From Lama guanicoe (Eukaryota): a stretch of DNA of 64,000 nucleotides. The DNA lies in the NCBI GenBank assembly GCA_013239625.1, contig MU056050.1, positions 1,784,084 to 1,848,083 on the forward strand. The letters are read 5' to 3'. A program made the position numbers and the translations under genes. Below, in pieces: positions 60,506 through 64,000 of the stretch (position 1 is the first letter of the stretch; each line of letters starts with the position of its first letter). Under the pieces are notes generated by a model that ran no database searches, was not told the origin of the DNA, and was given only the letters and a program-made list of their open reading frames with translations.

Positions 60506-61473
60506 CGTATACAGGACCAAAATACTTGGGGAAATGGCCAGGCAAACAATACGTAGTAAGTTCACAAGAAATAAGCAGAGGATGAGGTAGGGTGAGGTAG
60601 AGGTGCAGGGCAGCAAATAGGAGAAGTTAGCACAAAGAACAAAAGAACAACTGTAAGTTGCCTTCACATCTTGCTCCCTCAGGTAAGAACCAATCCTGAA
60701 TGAGACTAGCCTGGAAACTTGAAGAGGAAAACAGAGACATTAGCCTGAACGCTCAGCACAATTGGCTGGCCAGCTGGACCCTGCATTCAAACCATTCTCT
60801 GTCAGGGGCTTTTCCCTTATAGACCTTTACGTAGATATTAGCACGATTGGCTTCTTTGGCCTTTCAAACTAGTGAGTAGCCTGTGTAAATTTTAAACTGT
60901 AGAGAAATGTTATTGTGTAAACTCTATGTTTGTTCCTCTCCTCGCCCACTGAACATTAATGTCTGCAGAAAAAGCTGTTTACAGTTGCTTTTTCTGGTCT
61001 TGTAAGCAAAGAGCACTAGAAAACTAGTATTTGTATCAGGAAGGCATCATACTGAGACTCTAAGGAGAAGAACATCAGACAGAGCTTCTCTTTTTTCTGG
61101 AAATCTGGGAGTCTTTTTGAGAGCACTGGCTGAGGGGGGAAAGAAAGGTAGCTCAGGATAATACCAGAAGATAAAATTTATCGTAAAATTTTGTGTCAGC
61201 CTGTTTAGTGTTGGTTGGGAATCTTGAATTTTACGAATTGGCTAGATAAAGCCTTTTCTGTTTACTAGCATGGCTGATCACACACATAAGTAATCTGATT
61301 TAAGGGCTTATCAGTTAATTTTAGGCATTTGCTCACTGAAACATAAAATTTCATCATTAAGACAATCCAGCCAATTGAAAAGCATTTTGACTCAGGCTAA
61401 AATGTAAACATCTTGAGCAAGGTATCTCTTTTATACATTAACTCTTTTATCAGCAGTACTTTTCCATCTAGAA

Positions 61474-61665
61474 CAGGGTCAGCAGACTTTTCCTGTAAAG
61501 GACCAGATAGTAGATATTTTTAGTTTTTCCATGACTACTCAACTTTGCAGTCGTAAGGAAAAAAGCAGCCACAGACACTGTAAATAAATGAAGTGTGGCA
61601 GTATTCCAATAAAACTTTATTTACAAAAAAAAAAGAATAGGCCAGTCAAATTTTGCCAATCCTTG
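61474..61665 (+). mobile_element. MER58A-like hAT-Charlie MITE
   Basis: 'cagggtcagcagacttttcctgtaaaggaccagatagtagatattttt...ccaataaaactttatttacaaaa...ttgccaatccttg'. 8-bp flanks atctagaa / atctaaac. Confidence 0.85.
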
Positions 61666-62394
61666 ATCTAAACAGAAGTTCTCAGAGCAGGATGGTTAAA
61701 GTCCCTAGTCAGAGGAGGCAGGAAAAAAGTGAGAGGTTGCCCTACAGGGAATCTAAGTGGGTTAACGATGACACAGGCCATTATTCTCCAAATAAACCAA
61801 AATCCAAAAGAAGATTCTATCTAAAGAATATAGATTGGTCTATAAAATGTTGCAAGAATGTACATTTTTCTGGAAAGAAGGTCCTTATCTTTTCAGATTT
61901 TCAAAAGCATTGATAACCCCATAGAGGGTGAAACCCACAGCACAGAGGGCATCACCTTGTCCAGAGAGCTTACCTTCCCCTGGCCAGCCCCTCACCCCTA
62001 TCGTCCAGTGAAGTTCAGTGACCACTGTTATGAATGTACACATACCTTTCTGCAATCATCTTAGAGAAAATATATATTTCACTTTCCTCTAAACTCCTAT
62101 TTACTTACATTAATTGCAAAAAAACACATATTCATCACTAAAAGGTTGAGTTTAGGATTCTACCCATTCTTAACCTGATCCTGGCTAATGAAAATAAAAT
62201 GGTGTACTTACAGTTAATGAGCCAATTAATGTTCTAGCAGACACTGTGCCTATCTTTCATTCTTTCATTATGGGCATAAATTGTTGCTAGACACAGAGAT
62301 ATGACATTCAGAATCAGCCTTACTCAAAGTTAGCAGAAGTAGTGGAGTGAGGAGGTAGGTTGAGGTTATGATTTCAGGCATAAAGGGGCAAGCT

Positions 62395-63135
62395 TTGGAT
62401 TCCAGCTACAGCTCATGCAAAGAGCTTGGAAATTGTCATCCTTGTCCTTGAAACAACAAAAACTGGACAAACAAAAAGAAATCATCAAGTTCTCTTGGAC
62501 CCATGACAGAGCTGAAGTTGCAGAGCATATACCACCCCGAAATCTAGAGAGACAATCACATCCATAATGACATCATCTTTAAAATGTGCTCACCTGGAAC
62601 AAAAGCCACTGAACCCCATAAGCTGGTAGGGACACTTAAATGATTATTTTGACGAATTTCTGAACACTAAGTGCAGGAGACCACCTTGAGAATGAGAAAC
62701 TCCTGGGGGCTATAGTCTTAGCAAGGCATTCACTCCAGGAATTTATCAGGTTCTCACAGTGAAGATATGAAAAAGAGCTCCTTGTGGCCATGGCTGATAA
62801 TTAGTAATAAATAATCAATATAATTTCAGATGTTTTAAAAGAAGTATAAATGATATGCTAAGAGAGGAGATAAAATGAGACCACATAAAATATTTCATTA
62901 AAACCAAAGAAGGCAGAAAAAGAAGGTAAAATAGAAATAGAGCAAGTATGAACCTAATAGATCCTATTTGCAAAGACGGTATCTAGAATCCAACTACACA
63001 ATGAATGGTTTAAATATACTGGTTAACAATACAGTGCGGAGTATAGGGAAACTCTGTAATATTCTTGCAAACTTTTTGTATATCTAAAATTATTCTAAAA
63101 TGAAATGCTTATTATTAAATGTTATTTTTAAAAGG
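62395..63135 (+). mobile_element. Old L1M 5'-region fragment followed by other L1M pieces
   Basis: 'aaagagcttggaaattgtcatccttgtcctt...aaaaactggacaaac...ttctcttggacccat'; the 3' piece is 'tcttgcaaactttttgtatatctaaaattattctaaaat'. Confidence 0.55.
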
Positions 63136-64000
63136 CAAACTTCATCCCAAAATATATCTCTCCAGCCCTACCACAGAGCCTGCAGCGCCAGCATAGAGAG
63201 CCGTCGCCTCTCATTCTTATTCTGTAAAGGAAGCAGCCATGGGTATCATGTTAAGCATTATTGCTGTCTTGATTAACACTTGAGACCGGTGTCCTTTCTC
63301 TCCTCTAGCTAGCTAGGGACGGGCCTGAAGGAGCTAGCTTTTCACTGAGAAGGGAGGGTTACTACGGGGCCGGCATGGCCAGGAAGGCAGAGCTGAGTAG
63401 GGTGCACCAGCAGGGGTTACCAGTCCTGAGGGCCCAGGACCTGTGTTTGTGAAAACTTACAGAATAAACACAGACAACAGGCAAACTGAAGCTGTTCAAA
63501 AGCACAATCATAGACGCTTTGCCTCCCAGACATGTTCCAACTTGTGCCTGGGTTCAGCTTAGCATAGGTGAAATCTCACTTAGCCAAATCAACATACTTG
63601 TGAAAATAGCCAGGGGATGAGGGTGAGACAATCAAATTTTTATCAAGCATATGCTATTTTCTCCTTGGGTTTAATATCACTTCAGAATTGTTTTATATTT
63701 ATATTTCCTAGATCTGCAATGTGCTCTGATCCTCTAACACGAGTTACAAATCTCTCTGCCTCATCCTCTAGTTTCTTTGTCAACTAGTTAAATGTAATTC
63801 TGTAAATAAATAATTACAAGCAGTAGGAAAGCCTCTTATTTAACGGTTCGCCACTGCGACTCCTTCTCCTTAAACCCAGGATTCTTCTGGCTGTCACTCA
63901 CCCCTGCCTTATGCATCTACAGGCCTTGCTTTTCTTAAGCAGAGCATGTCTGTCATCCCATGGGTTTTTCACAGAGGAGTGTTTAACAGGCCGAGCTGGA

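Noticed and set aside
1..64000. CRISPR array, operon or other prokaryote-style system; host protein-coding exons
   Set aside because: The sequence is mammalian and repeat-dominated. I saw no regularly spaced repeat-spacer array and recognised no coding exon, although a short exon could be missed by eye.

Overview
This is 64 kb of AT-rich mammalian non-coding DNA (intronic or intergenic). It is almost certainly camelid (alpaca/camel), because it contains a Vic-type tRNA-derived SINE and cetartiodactyl-type L1 3' UTRs. I found no host protein-coding exon. The ORF track is explained by LINE-1 remnants, a (CTG)n repeat, an N-gap and chance ORFs. Most of the window is transposon debris: young and old L1/HAL1, MIR, L2, MaLR/ERVL LTRs, and hAT and Tc-Mariner MITEs. 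Several unique AT-rich blocks could be enhancers. I do not see a new multi-gene system. The best leads are mechanistic footprints: (1) a TSD-bounded L1 with both termini, a very short 5' UTR and an ORF1-to-ORF2 deletion sealed by a templated filler; (2) a tailless 5'-half tRNA-Lys(CTT) retrocopy with an 18-bp TSD; (3) an old-type L1 3' end sitting inside a younger L1 3' UTR; (4) two abutting hairpins; (5) an unexplained ~70-bp dispersed duplication. Repeat family names come from my recollection of consensus sequences, not a search, and boundaries of old repeats are approximate.
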